Assembly (NCBI RefSeq): GCF_013122565.1
Contig: NZ_CP053258.1
Length of the DNA stretch: 64,000 nt
Strand: one strand, 5' to 3'
Origin: Escherichia coli
GTDB lineage: Bacteria > Pseudomonadota > Gammaproteobacteria > Enterobacterales > Enterobacteriaceae
Shown here: positions 34,576-51,320 of the stretch, in pieces
Layout of the letters: every line of letters starts with the position of its first letter
Numbering within the stretch: position 1 is the first letter of the stretch
The notes under the pieces: model-generated
Seen by the model: only the letters and a program-made list of their open reading frames with translations
Databases searched by the model: none
What the model was told of the DNA's origin: nothing
Program-made: the position numbers and the translations under genes

Positions 34576-34810
34576 AGATATAAAACCCTTATATATTAAT
34601 ACGATTGTGCTTATGTTGTTTATGTCATGTGCTTTTGCAGTTTTCGACTATACCATCAAGAATGTGACGGTAAGCAAGAAAAAAATGACCCAGGAAAGCA
34701 AATTAATAACGAGAGTAATCTCATAACCAAATGCGATAACTCAGACGCTAAAGTTTTGCCGCCCGGCTACCGTTATCAGTAGCAGAGACAATAACGTTAA
34801 GGAGTTCCCT

Positions 34811-35083
34811 GTGAGTCGAGCATTGTTCGCCGTAGTATTAGCATTTCCATTTATTGCACTGGCTAACCCGCATTATCGTCCGGACGTGGAGGTTAACGTA
34901 CCGCCAGAAGTGTTCAGTTCAGGCGGGCAGTCAGCGCAGCCCTGTACTCAGTGCTGCGTTTATCAGGATAAAAATTATTCTGAAGGAGCGGTAATTAAAG
35001 CCGAGGGAATACTGCTGCAATGCCAGCGTGATGACAAAACCCTTAGCACTAATCCGCTGGTCTGGCGGCGCGTAAAGCCATAA
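34811..35083 (+). CDS. ynjH: DUF1496 secreted protein
   Basis: 90 aa with signal peptide. Confidence 0.8.
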   Translation: MSRALFAVVLAFPFIALANPHYRPDVEVNVPPEVFSSGGQSAQPCTQCCVYQDKNYSEGAVIKAEGILLQCQRDDKTLSTNPLVWRRVKP

Positions 35084-35456
35084 ATGCCTCTAATAGTGGA
35101 ATGTCAGCAGGGGCCAGCGGATATTGCAGCGCCTCTTCAGGTGAGCACCAGACCAGCGCCTGATGTTCATGTGCCTGTAACGTCCCGTGGAAGTCGGGTA
35201 CGTGCCAGGCATGAAGATGGATAATCCGCCCCGAAACTTCTCGCTGATGGCTGGCAACATACTCACCCACAGTTGCTTCGATGCCCAGTTCTTCGTTTAA
35301 CTCACGCACCAGCGCCTGCTGCTGGCTTTCATCCAGCTCGACTTTACCACCGGCAAACTCCCATAATCCCGCCTGATCGCTCTGGGCGGATCGTTGCGCG
35401 AGTAAAATTTTGCCATCACGTTCAATGATGGCGGCAACAACTTCAATCATTTTCAT
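35049..35456 (-). CDS. nudG: Nudix hydrolase (CTP pyrophosphohydrolase)
   Basis: 135 aa, Nudix box GGKVELDESQQQALVRELNEELG. Confidence 0.88.
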   Translation of the reverse strand: MKMIEVVAAIIERDGKILLAQRSAQSDQAGLWEFAGGKVELDESQQQALVRELNEELGIEATVGEYVASHQREVSGRIIHLHAWHVPDFHGTLQAHEHQALVWCSPEEALQYPLAPADIPLLEAFMALRAARPAD

Positions 35457-35542
35457 AAATTACACACGGGCAGATAAGCGAAAAATGCCATAATATCCGC
35501 ACTGTTGCTCAATCAGAAAGGCTTTATATTTAAGGAGTGCCT

Positions 35543-36163
35543 GTGCTAGACCGCCATCTTCATCCCCGGATTAAACCGTTGTTGCATCAGTGCGTGCGGG
35601 TTCTTGATAAACCGGGCATTACGCCAGATGGTTTAACATTAGTGGGATTTGCCATCGGCGTGCTGGCTCTGCCGTTTCTGGCTCTGGGCTGGTATCTGGC
35701 GGCGCTAGTCGTCATTTTGTTGAATCGTCTGCTTGATGGTCTGGATGGCGCACTGGCGCGGCGCAGAGGGCTTACCGACGCGGGCGGCTTTCTCGATATT
35801 TCTCTCGATTTTCTCTTTTACGCGCTGGTGCCGTTTGGTTTTATTCTTGCTGCACCGGAGCAAAATGCGCTGGCAGGCGGCTGGCTGCTGTTTGCGTTTA
35901 TCGGCACGGGCAGCAGTTTTCTCGCTTTTGCTGCGCTGGCGGCGAAACATCAGATTGATAATCCCGGTTATGCGCATAAATCGTTTTATTATCTGGGCGG
36001 GTTAACCGAAGGCAGCGAGACGATTTTGCTATTTGTTCTGAGTTGCCTCTTTCCGACGTGTTTTCCGTGGTTTGCATGGGTATTTGGTGCGTTGTGCTGG
36101 ATGACGACCTTTACGCGGGTGTGGAGTGGGTATCTGACGCTGAAGTCGCTCCAGCGTCAGTAA
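35543..36163 (+). CDS. ynjF: CDP-alcohol phosphatidyltransferase-family membrane protein
   Basis: 206 aa from GTG 5 nt after taaggag SD; motif DGxxAR...G. Confidence 0.85.
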   Translation: MLDRHLHPRIKPLLHQCVRVLDKPGITPDGLTLVGFAIGVLALPFLALGWYLAALVVILLNRLLDGLDGALARRRGLTDAGGFLDISLDFLFYALVPFGFILAAPEQNALAGGWLLFAFIGTGSSFLAFAALAAKHQIDNPGYAHKSFYYLGGLTEGSETILLFVLSCLFPTCFPWFAWVFGALCWMTTFTRVWSGYLTLKSLQRQ

Positions 36164-36171
36164 TTGCAATG

Positions 36172-37479
36172 TTATTTGCTGCTGTCCGGGCCGCGTTCAC
36201 CGGTTGCAACCGGATTTTTTGGATCGCTGCTCCATTCGTACCAGCCGCCGTCGTAAACGGAGACGTTATTCCAGCCCATTGCTCGTGCGTACATAAAGGT
36301 TTCGGACGCGCGCCAGCCGGTGCCGCAGTAGAATGAAACTTGCTGATCTGGTTTGATATTCCATGCTTTCCACATAGCCGTAATATCATCGGCGCTGCGC
36401 ATGGTGCCATCCGGGTTATGGAAATCTTCCATATGCGTCGAGTCGCTACCAGCGTGTCCCCAACGTGCTCCGGCTATTTCACCTTTTGGTTTAATATAGC
36501 TGTAACCGCTGGTCGTACCGATAAATTCTGGCCACGAACGAATGCTCACCAGCGATGAATCCTGGCGATGCAGCAGTCCACGCGCCTGTTCCATATCAAG
36601 CATCAGTTGCGGTTGTGCCGGGATCTTCACGCCGAAATCCGGTTCCGCTTTCACTTTCGGTGGCGTTCCTCGCTCAACAGGCAGTCCCGCGTCGGACCAG
36701 GTTTGCCAGCCGCCATCCAGCAGGCGCACATCTTTCACGCCGGCATAAAGCATAATCTGCGCCACACGCGCTGCAGCGTATACGTCACGCCCATACAGAA
36801 TGACCGTGGTGTCATGGCGAATGCCGTGTTTTGCCAGCATCGCTTTTAGTTGTGCATCAGAAACTTTGTTCCACAGCGGTTCGCTTTCCACTTCGTTGGT
36901 ATCGATGTAGTCAGCACCGGGAATATGGCTGATAAGGTAAAGCTTAGGAGCGCCCCAGGCCGCTTCAATGACTTTCCAGTCACCGGCAGGTTTCGCCGTA
37001 ACCTCTTTACCTTGTTGCAGGTCGTGCAGCCATTGCGGATAAACCAGCTGCTCAAAGTGCGGCAGTTTTTGTAGACGGGAAGGTTCGCTTAGCGCGTCAC
37101 TCAGAATGGAGATATGCGTAAAACCTGCTTTTTGCAGTCGCGTTTTGACGGCGTCGACATCTTTGTCATTACCGTACAGCGCCACCGGGGCATCGGCTTT
37201 CAGGTTATGTTGCTTGATCCACGCGTTGAGCTGTTCGGTGCTCATTTTGTCAAGCCAGCTAGCAGAGAGGTTTAAGGCGGCAGGTTCATGACCAGAAGGG
37301 CCATTTAAGGTTTGTGGCCAGCCGTTATAAAACGCGCTGGGGCGAGTATCTATCGCTTTGCCATTTTGTTGTTGAAGCTGGTCAAGTGTAAGAGGCTTCG
37401 CCAGTTCAGCGGCCCACGAAGAAGCGCAAGCCAGCCCTAAAGCCATTGCCAGCGCGGTCATTTGAGAAACACGTTTCAT
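36172..37479 (-). CDS. ynjE: Periplasmic thiosulfate sulfurtransferase (multi-rhodanese)
   Basis: 435 aa, signal peptide, rhodanese active-site Cys (CGTGWR). Confidence 0.88.
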   Translation of the reverse strand: MKRVSQMTALAMALGLACASSWAAELAKPLTLDQLQQQNGKAIDTRPSAFYNGWPQTLNGPSGHEPAALNLSASWLDKMSTEQLNAWIKQHNLKADAPVALYGNDKDVDAVKTRLQKAGFTHISILSDALSEPSRLQKLPHFEQLVYPQWLHDLQQGKEVTAKPAGDWKVIEAAWGAPKLYLISHIPGADYIDTNEVESEPLWNKVSDAQLKAMLAKHGIRHDTTVILYGRDVYAAARVAQIMLYAGVKDVRLLDGGWQTWSDAGLPVERGTPPKVKAEPDFGVKIPAQPQLMLDMEQARGLLHRQDSSLVSIRSWPEFIGTTSGYSYIKPKGEIAGARWGHAGSDSTHMEDFHNPDGTMRSADDITAMWKAWNIKPDQQVSFYCGTGWRASETFMYARAMGWNNVSVYDGGWYEWSSDPKNPVATGERGPDSSK

Positions 37480-37545
37480 CGAAAATCCCGACATTGTAGT
37501 TTTGAGTGCGCCATTCTGAACTGACGCATTGAGAAAAACTTTGCG

Positions 37546-38199
37546 TTATCGCAGTTTGTTGTAATTTTCTGACCACTGCGCCATATCCAGAACAGAACTA
37601 TCAGCAGGAACATCCTGGAGATCGTGCGTTACCTGAACGACGGGGATCGCCAGGGCGCGAACTTCGCTGAACACCCACTGGCGAAAATTATCGCGCAGAG
37701 CCACATCAAGACGGCTGAATGGCTCATCCAGGAGTAACGCTTTTGGCTGGGCGAGAAGGGCGCGTAGTAGAGCAACGCGCGCTCGCTGACCGCCAGACAA
37801 AGTGGCAGGATCCTGATGGAAAGCTCCGTCAAGGCCTGAACGCTCAAGTGCATCATTCACGGCATTACGTCGGGCATTCCCTTTAAGTGTCGCCGGTAGC
37901 GCCAGCAGTAAATTTTGCCCGACGCTGAACTGGTCAAATAACAGTGCATCCTGGAAAAGAATGCCAATCTGACGCTGTGCGGTGGGTAGCATGTCAATCC
38001 GTTGCTCATTGAGCCATAGCTCACCTGTACAAGAAAACTGTCCAGCCAGTGCACCAATCATCCATGAAAACAGAGTGGATTTTCCACAGCCAGACGGCCC
38101 CATTAACGTGACGATGTCACCTTTATCAACTGTAAAGTTAACGTTTGTCAGCAAGCGGCTTTCTGGTAAACGTAGCGAAACATTTTTCACGCAGAGCAT
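37546..38199 (-). CDS. ynjD: ABC transporter ATP-binding protein
   Basis: 217 aa, Walker A GPSGCGKST, signature LSGGQ. Confidence 0.88.
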   Translation of the reverse strand: MLCVKNVSLRLPESRLLTNVNFTVDKGDIVTLMGPSGCGKSTLFSWMIGALAGQFSCTGELWLNEQRIDMLPTAQRQIGILFQDALLFDQFSVGQNLLLALPATLKGNARRNAVNDALERSGLDGAFHQDPATLSGGQRARVALLRALLAQPKALLLDEPFSRLDVALRDNFRQWVFSEVRALAIPVVQVTHDLQDVPADSSVLDMAQWSENYNKLR

Positions 38200-39734
38200 T
38201 AGCGGAGTCCTTGTCTGACATAACCTACCCATTTTGCGACTAACGCGGTCAGGGCAAAAATAATAAGCGGTAACAACTGTTGCCATAAAGCCTGGGCGGC
38301 GAGAATACCGTTGCTGCCGCCGCTGCTTAATGCCACCGCCTCAGTGGTGAGCGTCGGAAAACGCCCCGCGCCCAGCCACAGCGTCGGCATATACTGCGCA
38401 ATACTGACTGAAAATCCCACCGCGAAGGCAATCAGCGTAGGGCGTAGCATAAGCGGACATTTCACGTAAAAGAAGATTTTGGCCCGCGACCAGCCCAGTG
38501 TTTGCGCAATCAAAATTAACCGTGAATCAATGCGCTGCCAGGCGGGTTGCAGGATAAACAGCATCCACGGCATTACCCACAGCAGATGCCCCCAGACCAC
38601 CGCCGTCCAGCTTCCATCCAGGTTCAGCCATAGCGCCAGCGTGTACTGGCCCGCCACCAGTGGCAGAGCGGGTAATAAAATGGGCAACCATAGCCACAAC
38701 TGGCGACGCTGTGGCCCCCATTCCAGCCACAGCAGTAACAGGAGCAAAGCGATGAATGTCGCCACCAGCCCAATTGTCAGGCTGTTGATGAGCGCTTCAC
38801 TATTGATCGTCGACTGATCCGCGAGGATCGCCAGCAGAACCACACACAGCACACCGGTTAAGGGTAAAAAAATCGCCAGCGTAGTGCCTGGTAATAAAGG
38901 TGTGGCAGGCTTGCGAATGCCATCTACGCGGGGAATAGTGCGCCGCCAGCTGCGCCATAGCAGATAGCTCAGCAAAACGTAGGCGGCGAGTAACAGCATC
39001 AGCAGCAGACTGGCGAGTGCGCCTTTCGTTTGGTGATCCGCGTCGCCCTGAGTTAACCACTGCCAGCTAATTACTGCCAGCGTCGGTGGATTACCTGGCC
39101 CAAGAATAATCGCCACATCCACGACCGAAAGCGACCAGGCAACAATCGCCAGCATCGCCATTGCCAGCGCGGGCGCGATGGAGGGCAACAGCAGCCAGTT
39201 CAAACATTGCCAGCGGCTGTAGCCCAGCGAATCCAGCACAATGAGTTGCTGCAACAGCCGTTTTTCGCTCAATACTGCCGCTAAGATCCACAGCAGAAAT
39301 GCGCTTTCTTTCACTGCAAGGGTGAGGCCCAGACCGATGCCAAATCGGTCCATTGGCGGAGTGAAATACGGGAAATAGTCATAAAGCAGCCCTCCGTCAG
39401 CAAAGAGCAGAAGGGCGCTGGTGGCAAAAGCCACATGGGGAATGGCGAGCAGCCACGGCAGACGGGCACACATACGCTGCCATTTCGGCCCAGGCCACAG
39501 CGCCACAATCACCAGCAGAGCAATCAACAACGCCCCCACCGCCGCGATGGTTGTCGACACCAGCGTTGCCAGTAATGCCTGCGGTAACTGTGGATCGGCA
39601 AATAACGCCTGCCAGTGTGTCAACGACAAAGCAGGCGATATCAGCGTGAGAGCTGCCGGGATCAGCGGTGCATAAATCACCGCCACCATCGCCCACAGCA
39701 AAAAGATTAATGCGTACCGTAACGGTGTAGCCAT
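38199..39734 (-). CDS. ynjC: ABC transporter permease (fused two-domain)
   Basis: 511-aa multi-TM ORF overlapping ynjD start. Confidence 0.88.
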   Translation of the reverse strand: MATPLRYALIFLLWAMVAVIYAPLIPAALTLISPALSLTHWQALFADPQLPQALLATLVSTTIAAVGALLIALLVIVALWPGPKWQRMCARLPWLLAIPHVAFATSALLLFADGGLLYDYFPYFTPPMDRFGIGLGLTLAVKESAFLLWILAAVLSEKRLLQQLIVLDSLGYSRWQCLNWLLLPSIAPALAMAMLAIVAWSLSVVDVAIILGPGNPPTLAVISWQWLTQGDADHQTKGALASLLLMLLLAAYVLLSYLLWRSWRRTIPRVDGIRKPATPLLPGTTLAIFLPLTGVLCVVLLAILADQSTINSEALINSLTIGLVATFIALLLLLLWLEWGPQRRQLWLWLPILLPALPLVAGQYTLALWLNLDGSWTAVVWGHLLWVMPWMLFILQPAWQRIDSRLILIAQTLGWSRAKIFFYVKCPLMLRPTLIAFAVGFSVSIAQYMPTLWLGAGRFPTLTTEAVALSSGGSNGILAAQALWQQLLPLIIFALTALVAKWVGYVRQGLR

Positions 39735-40873
39735 TCTTGTTCCAGCGCATTTACCCAACCTGCGTGCGGTTCAGCCAGTACCGGCGGCAGATCTTGCGGC
39801 ATTCTTGATTGCAATGTTTCGCGCTGCCCATCAGGCAGTTTTTGCGGATCGAGAACAGAAGGATCGCCCCAGACAGCGGGATCTGCTTTACGCAATTGCG
39901 CATCGGGTGAGAGCAAGAAATTGGCAACTACCTTCGCCGCAGCACTGGCATTCGCGTTGGCAGGAATGGTGACGAAATGCACGTTGCCAATCATCCCCTC
40001 GCGAAAGCCAAAACTGTAACTGCTTGCAGGCAAATCGCCGCTGGCGATTTTTTGCTGCGCATGCGCGGGGTTAAAGGTCAGCGACAGGCGCAATGTGCCG
40101 GCTTTCAGCAGAGCATCCATCCGCGCGGGCGAAGGCGGGAAATCCTTTCCTTCGCGCCACAAATACGGATGCAGCGCATCAAGATATTGCCACAAGGGAG
40201 CAGTGACACGGGCGAAAGTCGCATCGTCCGGCGCTTCTTTTAATGCGGCGGGATCGGGCGTCAGCATAATCAGCAACTGTTCAAGAAACGCCGTGCCGGT
40301 AAAGTCCGGTGGGCGCGGATAGGTAACCGTGCCGGGATTGGCTTTAGCAAACTCCAGTAAGGCTTGCGGCGTTTGTGGTGGCTGTGGCGTAACATCGCGG
40401 CGGGCGATAAATGTCAGTTGTGCGCCCCCCCAGGGCGATTCAGCCCCTTCTGTAGGCACTGAAAAATCTTCCCGCACCGGCAGCCGTGTGTCGACATAGC
40501 GCCAGTTGGGCAGAGTCTCCGCCCAGCCCGTTTGTAATAAATTGGCCTCTTTTAAGGTGCGGAAGTTTTCGCCGTTCACCCAGAGCAGATCCACCGAGCC
40601 GCCCGTTTTACGTCCGGCTGCGGCTTCGGTCTGAATGCGCTTCACCGCGTCTGCGGCATCCGCCAGACGGACAATCTTCAGGTTTATAGCGTAATGGGTT
40701 TTAATCTCGCCGCTAACCCAGTCGAGATAGCGGTTAATTGCGGTATCGCCGCCCCAGGCGTTAAACCAGACGGTTTGCCCTTTGGCCTCATTTTTAATTT
40801 CCTGCCAGTCACTGGCATGTGTTGCCAGAGAAAACAGCGATAACAATCCCAGCAACCACCCACAATGGCGCAT
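39707..40873 (-). CDS. ynjB: ABC transporter periplasmic binding protein
   Basis: 388 aa with signal peptide. Confidence 0.88.
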   Translation of the reverse strand: MRHCGWLLGLLSLFSLATHASDWQEIKNEAKGQTVWFNAWGGDTAINRYLDWVSGEIKTHYAINLKIVRLADAADAVKRIQTEAAAGRKTGGSVDLLWVNGENFRTLKEANLLQTGWAETLPNWRYVDTRLPVREDFSVPTEGAESPWGGAQLTFIARRDVTPQPPQTPQALLEFAKANPGTVTYPRPPDFTGTAFLEQLLIMLTPDPAALKEAPDDATFARVTAPLWQYLDALHPYLWREGKDFPPSPARMDALLKAGTLRLSLTFNPAHAQQKIASGDLPASSYSFGFREGMIGNVHFVTIPANANASAAAKVVANFLLSPDAQLRKADPAVWGDPSVLDPQKLPDGQRETLQSRMPQDLPPVLAEPHAGWVNALEQEWLHRYGTH

Positions 40874-40882
40874 CATCTCTCC

Positions 40883-41431
40883 TTAAGAACGTTTTTCAGG
40901 AATACGGCACAGCCCCTGAGCGGGAATGTCCATGGCAGAATTAAAACGGGCTGACAGATTTTGCAGGCCGATCAATGCCGTCAGTTCGGTGAGCGCCTGA
41001 GCGTCAAAATGCGCAGCCAGTCGGGTGCGCAGGGCATCATCGACCGTAGGCGGTGTGACGCTTGCGGCTTCGGCGTACTCCAGCGCCAGCCGTTCTTCAT
41101 CGCTGAAGAGCGGGCTTTGCCGCCAGTCAGCCACTGCCAGCAGTTTATCGCTGCTGCCGGTGCGCTCGGCGACTTTCATACTGGTGATATCCACACAAAA
41201 CTCACACAGGCACATTTGCGCAATGCGCGCGCTGACAAGCGATCGTACTACCGGATCGAGCGGTGAGCGTTTGCGCTCCAGCCAGCCAACAAACATCGAC
41301 ACCAGATAAAAGATAAACGGGATCCGCCCCCACCAGCGAATGGGGCTTAGCACCTCGCCGTAATGGCGACGATGCAGCCACGCCTGCGGACGTAAAATGA
41401 AAGGAATTTTGCTAAGCGGCGGTAAACCCAT
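40883..41431 (-). CDS. ynjA: Carboxymuconolactone decarboxylase / AhpD-like protein
   Basis: 182-aa ORF. Confidence 0.85.
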   Translation of the reverse strand: MGLPPLSKIPFILRPQAWLHRRHYGEVLSPIRWWGRIPFIFYLVSMFVGWLERKRSPLDPVVRSLVSARIAQMCLCEFCVDITSMKVAERTGSSDKLLAVADWRQSPLFSDEERLALEYAEAASVTPPTVDDALRTRLAAHFDAQALTELTALIGLQNLSARFNSAMDIPAQGLCRIPEKRS

Positions 41432-42138
41432 CAGGCATTCCTCTTCTGGCGCTCAAGCCATATTTTCTTCGCCATAAAAATCACCACGGTCAGGGCAAAC
41501 AGAATAAACAGTCCGGTGACAAACCAGAAGGTACCGCCTGTTAACATGCTGCCCGCCCAGGAATAAACAATAGTCGCCGGTAACTGACCAAGCCCGGTGG
41601 CGATAAAAAACGAGCGAAAACGGATTGAAGTCAGACCGGCAGCATAGCTGATTGGATCGAAAGGGACAAAAGGCAATAACCGACAGACCAGGATGGTGTG
41701 TTTGCCGTAGCGAGTGAAAAAGCCGTCCATACTGTCAAGTACTGTTTTGCCGGTTAATTTTTCCACCACTTCGCGGCCCATCACTCTGGCGATAAAAAAG
41801 CACAGTGCCGCGCCGGCCATCGAACTGGTCCACGACAGCAAGCCGCCCCAGAACGCGCCAAATAGCGACGCATTGGCAAAGGTGATCAAAAACGCAGGTA
41901 GCGGTGCAGCAATGGCCTGTAAAATCATCAACAAGAACGAGACAACTGCCGCCAGTGCGCCGTAAGACTGAATAAAGCGTTCTATACCCTGTTGGTCCAC
42001 GGCGGCAAACGCCGCAACGCTGCGATTGATAAACTCATGGACGCCGGGAAGCAGCGCCCATGCCAGCAGCATAGCGAACAACAGGATGATGAGGGTTATA
42101 CGGTAGTACCAGATTTTACGCGATTGCATATTCATCAT
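41431..42138 (-). CDS. ydjZ: DedA/TVP38-family membrane protein
   Basis: 235-aa multi-TM ORF. Confidence 0.85.
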   Translation of the reverse strand: MMNMQSRKIWYYRITLIILLFAMLLAWALLPGVHEFINRSVAAFAAVDQQGIERFIQSYGALAAVVSFLLMILQAIAAPLPAFLITFANASLFGAFWGGLLSWTSSMAGAALCFFIARVMGREVVEKLTGKTVLDSMDGFFTRYGKHTILVCRLLPFVPFDPISYAAGLTSIRFRSFFIATGLGQLPATIVYSWAGSMLTGGTFWFVTGLFILFALTVVIFMAKKIWLERQKRNA

Positions 42139-42152
42139 CCTTTATCCTGGCT

Positions 42153-42830
42153 TTATTCGGTGATTTTAAAGGTAACCGTTGCCAGCGTGTTATCCGCCGG
42201 GAGAACCGAGGCATTGCCTTTGAATTTAACTTCACCTCGTTTTTCAACTGCACCATAAGTGTATGTTGCATTGCTGACGATGCCGACCGGGCAGCTATCC
42301 AGACACACCAGGCAGCCCGTTTTCTTCTCTTCTGCTGCCGTTAAATTACCGCCAAAGCGCATGTCCAGTTTCTTGCCATTACTGTCAACAATCACTTCAT
42401 CGAAGGAATACGTTTTTGCCGCCCCTTGCCAGTTGACCGAAATATCCAGTTTGCTGCCTGTGACATGAGTCGTTTCTTTATTATCCATCGTCATGTTTTC
42501 GCCCGGTGTACCACCTGCCTCTTTCAGGGCTTCATAAAATGCTTTCGGGGTCGCATAACCCATAAACAGCGATTTATGTCCGTTGGAGCCATCTTTAAAC
42601 ACAATACCGTGACGAGTGTCGTCGGTGAGGAAACGACCATTAATTTGCACCAGCATGGTTACCGTATGGTTATTGGCATCGACGCGCAGCGGTTGGCTGT
42701 TCGAAAGTCCGTCGTATTCCACTTTTGCCGCCGCATTCTCTTTTTGATCGCAGCCGCTAAGCCCAGCAACAGCCAGTAAGCAGAGTGCAGTCAGTCCTTT
42801 TTTCCATGACACTGAATAATGTTGCAACAT
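42153..42830 (-). CDS. ydjY: Lipoprotein with Cys cluster (CxxCxxxCP)
   Basis: 225 aa from MLQHYSV; lipobox LSGC; CLVCLDSCP. Confidence 0.85.
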   Translation of the reverse strand: MLQHYSVSWKKGLTALCLLAVAGLSGCDQKENAAAKVEYDGLSNSQPLRVDANNHTVTMLVQINGRFLTDDTRHGIVFKDGSNGHKSLFMGYATPKAFYEALKEAGGTPGENMTMDNKETTHVTGSKLDISVNWQGAAKTYSFDEVIVDSNGKKLDMRFGGNLTAAEEKKTGCLVCLDSCPVGIVSNATYTYGAVEKRGEVKFKGNASVLPADNTLATVTFKITE

Positions 42831-42834
42831 CGTT

Positions 42835-43545
42835 CTATCCTTCATTTTTTGGGTGAGTAAGTGGGTTGCGGCGCGAAGCAGACAGATCCACATGTTTGTG
42901 TCGGGCGTAGAGTTTTGCGAGCTGGACGAGAATAAACAGCGCCAGGCCCGCCAGACAGAGTTGTAAAATAAAGCGCAGCGTAATGCCTTCATTGGCGAGA
43001 TCGCTTGCCATCACGGTATAAATAACAATACCGGGCAGGGTCGTGAGTGCCGAAATAAGGGTATAAGGCCAGAAGGCGATTGTGGTTAATCCGTAAGCGT
43101 AATTTTGAATATTGTAAGGAAACAACGGGATTAAGCGGGTCAGAATAAGAAAATCAATACCGTTACGCGCAATGCCTTTTTCAATGGCCTGGAAGGTATG
43201 GCTATGGCCAACGTATTTCAGCAGTAAATCACGTCCCAGCCAGCGCGCCAGCAGGAATGAGCACGAGGAGGCCAGCGTGGCGGCAATTAATGAGAGTAGT
43301 GTCCCTAAGAGCGGGCCAAAAACTATTCCTCCAGCGATCACCAGTATGCTTCCTGGTAACAGAAAGAGGGTGGCAATGATGAATAACAGAATATAGAGGC
43401 TATAACCGAACAATCCGCTCTGGCGGATGAGTGTCTGTAAGTGGGGTAAATCGGTGAGCAGATCGAATAAACCGAAAGCGTGGATAGCGTAAATGACCAG
43501 CGCAAAAATAAGACAGGCAAAAAGAAATTTACGCTCAGCGTTCAT
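42835..43545 (-). CDS. ydjX: DedA/TVP38-family membrane protein
   Basis: 236 aa from MNAERKFLFACLIF. Confidence 0.85.
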   Translation of the reverse strand: MNAERKFLFACLIFALVIYAIHAFGLFDLLTDLPHLQTLIRQSGLFGYSLYILLFIIATLFLLPGSILVIAGGIVFGPLLGTLLSLIAATLASSCSFLLARWLGRDLLLKYVGHSHTFQAIEKGIARNGIDFLILTRLIPLFPYNIQNYAYGLTTIAFWPYTLISALTTLPGIVIYTVMASDLANEGITLRFILQLCLAGLALFILVQLAKLYARHKHVDLSASRRNPLTHPKNEG

Positions 43546-43711
43546 CGTGGAGTTTCCTATATCAAACTTGATAATAGAGAAGTGGTCAGACAACTAAAAA
43601 CGCAGTGACGGTATAACAAAGGACGGCAGGCAACAAATCATTACTGACAGTTTGTTGATTTTTCTCAAGGTTAATTCTCCTGACCCAGTTTGAGCCAGGA
43701 GAGCTGCTAAA

Positions 43712-44518
43712 TTAGCGGCGGAAGGTCGCCCAGACGGGGGCGTGATCGGACGGTTTTTCCATGCTGCGAATTTCATAGTCGATGCCGGTTTCTACGCAAC
43801 ATTCTGCCAGCGGTTGGCTGGCGAGCAGCAGGTCGATGCGCAGACCACGGTTATCGTCAAAACCTTTTGAGCGGTAATCAAACCATGAGAAACGATCTGC
43901 TGTTTGCGGATTCGCATGGCGGAAGGTATCGACCAACCCCCAGCTCATCAGTCTCTCCATCCATTCGCGCTCTTCCGGCAGGAAAGAGCATTTACCGGTA
44001 CGCAGCCAGCGCTTACGGTTTTCTTCGCCAATGCCGATATCCAGATCTGTAGGGCTGATATTCATATCGCCCATAATCAGTACCGGATTATCACGTTTGA
44101 GTTCGGTTTCCAGATAGTTTTGCAGATTCTGATAAAACTGCGCCTTTGCCGGGAATTTTATCGGATGGTCGCGGCTTTCACCCTGCGGGAAGTAACCGTT
44201 GATCACGGTGACATTGCCCAGCGGCGAGGGGATTTCCGCCATAATAATCCGCCGTTGCGCCTCTTCGTCGTCACCGGGAAAGCCGCGACGCACGGCAATC
44301 GGCGTCTCTTTGGTCAGCAGCGCCACGCCATAATGGCCTTTCTGCCCGTGATAAAACACGTTGTAGCCAAGCTTCGCCACCTCTTCGAGCGGAAACATAT
44401 CGTCATGAACTTTTGTCTCCTGCAGGCCAATCACATCCGGCTGGTGCTTTTCGACGATGGCTTCAAGCTGGTGGGGTCTGGCGCGCAGGCCGTTGATATT
44501 AAAAGAGACAAATTTCAT
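43712..44518 (-). CDS. xthA: Exodeoxyribonuclease III
   Basis: 268 aa [19 protein letters not shown]... Confidence 0.95.
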   Translation of the reverse strand: MKFVSFNINGLRARPHQLEAIVEKHQPDVIGLQETKVHDDMFPLEEVAKLGYNVFYHGQKGHYGVALLTKETPIAVRRGFPGDDEEAQRRIIMAEIPSPLGNVTVINGYFPQGESRDHPIKFPAKAQFYQNLQNYLETELKRDNPVLIMGDMNISPTDLDIGIGEENRKRWLRTGKCSFLPEEREWMERLMSWGLVDTFRHANPQTADRFSWFDYRSKGFDDNRGLRIDLLLASQPLAECCVETGIDYEIRSMEKPSDHAPVWATFRR

Positions 44519-44875
44519 AGTCGCTGCCATTTATTCAGATAAAGAGTGCGTGGATGGTAGCAGAATTTCGCTGTGCTTACCGCCTGTTGTTAAGTGATTT
44601 GATCGATGGTTGTTAATGATGTCAACGATGGCGCAAAAAATGCCCGCTTTTGGTGCGCGCTGCGTCAGAATGGCGCAGTAATTTCCAGTAAATTTCGTCA
44701 ATGATCACAATTCCAGAATTATATTTTACTTTTGCATAACATTGCGTTTTTTATTCTTTTTATCCATCCACATCACAAACGTATTCACTTTATATGCACT
44801 TTTAGTGCATATCGTCCGGTTGTAACTCCTTGATTAACAGTTAATCGCTCCCTTTTATGCACTTTTATCACTGGC

Positions 44876-44891
44876 TGGCACGAACCCTGCA
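44876..44891 (+). promoter_or_regulatory. sigma54 (-24/-12) promoter of ast operon
   Basis: TGGCACgaaccCTGCA about 75 bp upstream of astC start. Confidence 0.55.
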
Positions 44892-44927
44892 ATCTACATT
44901 TACAGCGCAATCATTACTTATTATTAA

Positions 44928-50991
<6,064 letters not shown>

Positions 50992-51320
50992 TACTTACCC
51001 GCAGAAATCTTTCTGCGGGTATTAAGTTACCTTCTTATAAATTAATACAGATTAATCCTGGTTATTTGCTTTATTTATCACCAGTCATCCGGTATAGTTC
51101 TTCATAATCTCTGCAAAATCATGGTGTTGTAATATTCTCTTATCACTCTCCATCAAATTTTCTTTTTTTCTCCATAATTGGCGCAAAAGTGTTTTTTACA
51201 CTTTCATTGTTTTACCGTTGCTCTGATTAATTGACGCTAAAGTCAGTAAAGTTAATCTCGTCAACACGGCACGCTACTTAAGAAAGCCGTAATAAATAAC
51301 TGAAAGGAAGGATATAGAAT

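Noticed and set aside
43904-44542. 212-aa plus-strand ORF
   Set aside because: Antisense within xthA
51230-51260. CpxR box upstream of spy
   Set aside because: cTAAAgtcaGTAAAg has a 4-nt instead of 5-nt spacer relative to GTAAA-N5-GTAAA; too uncertain to call
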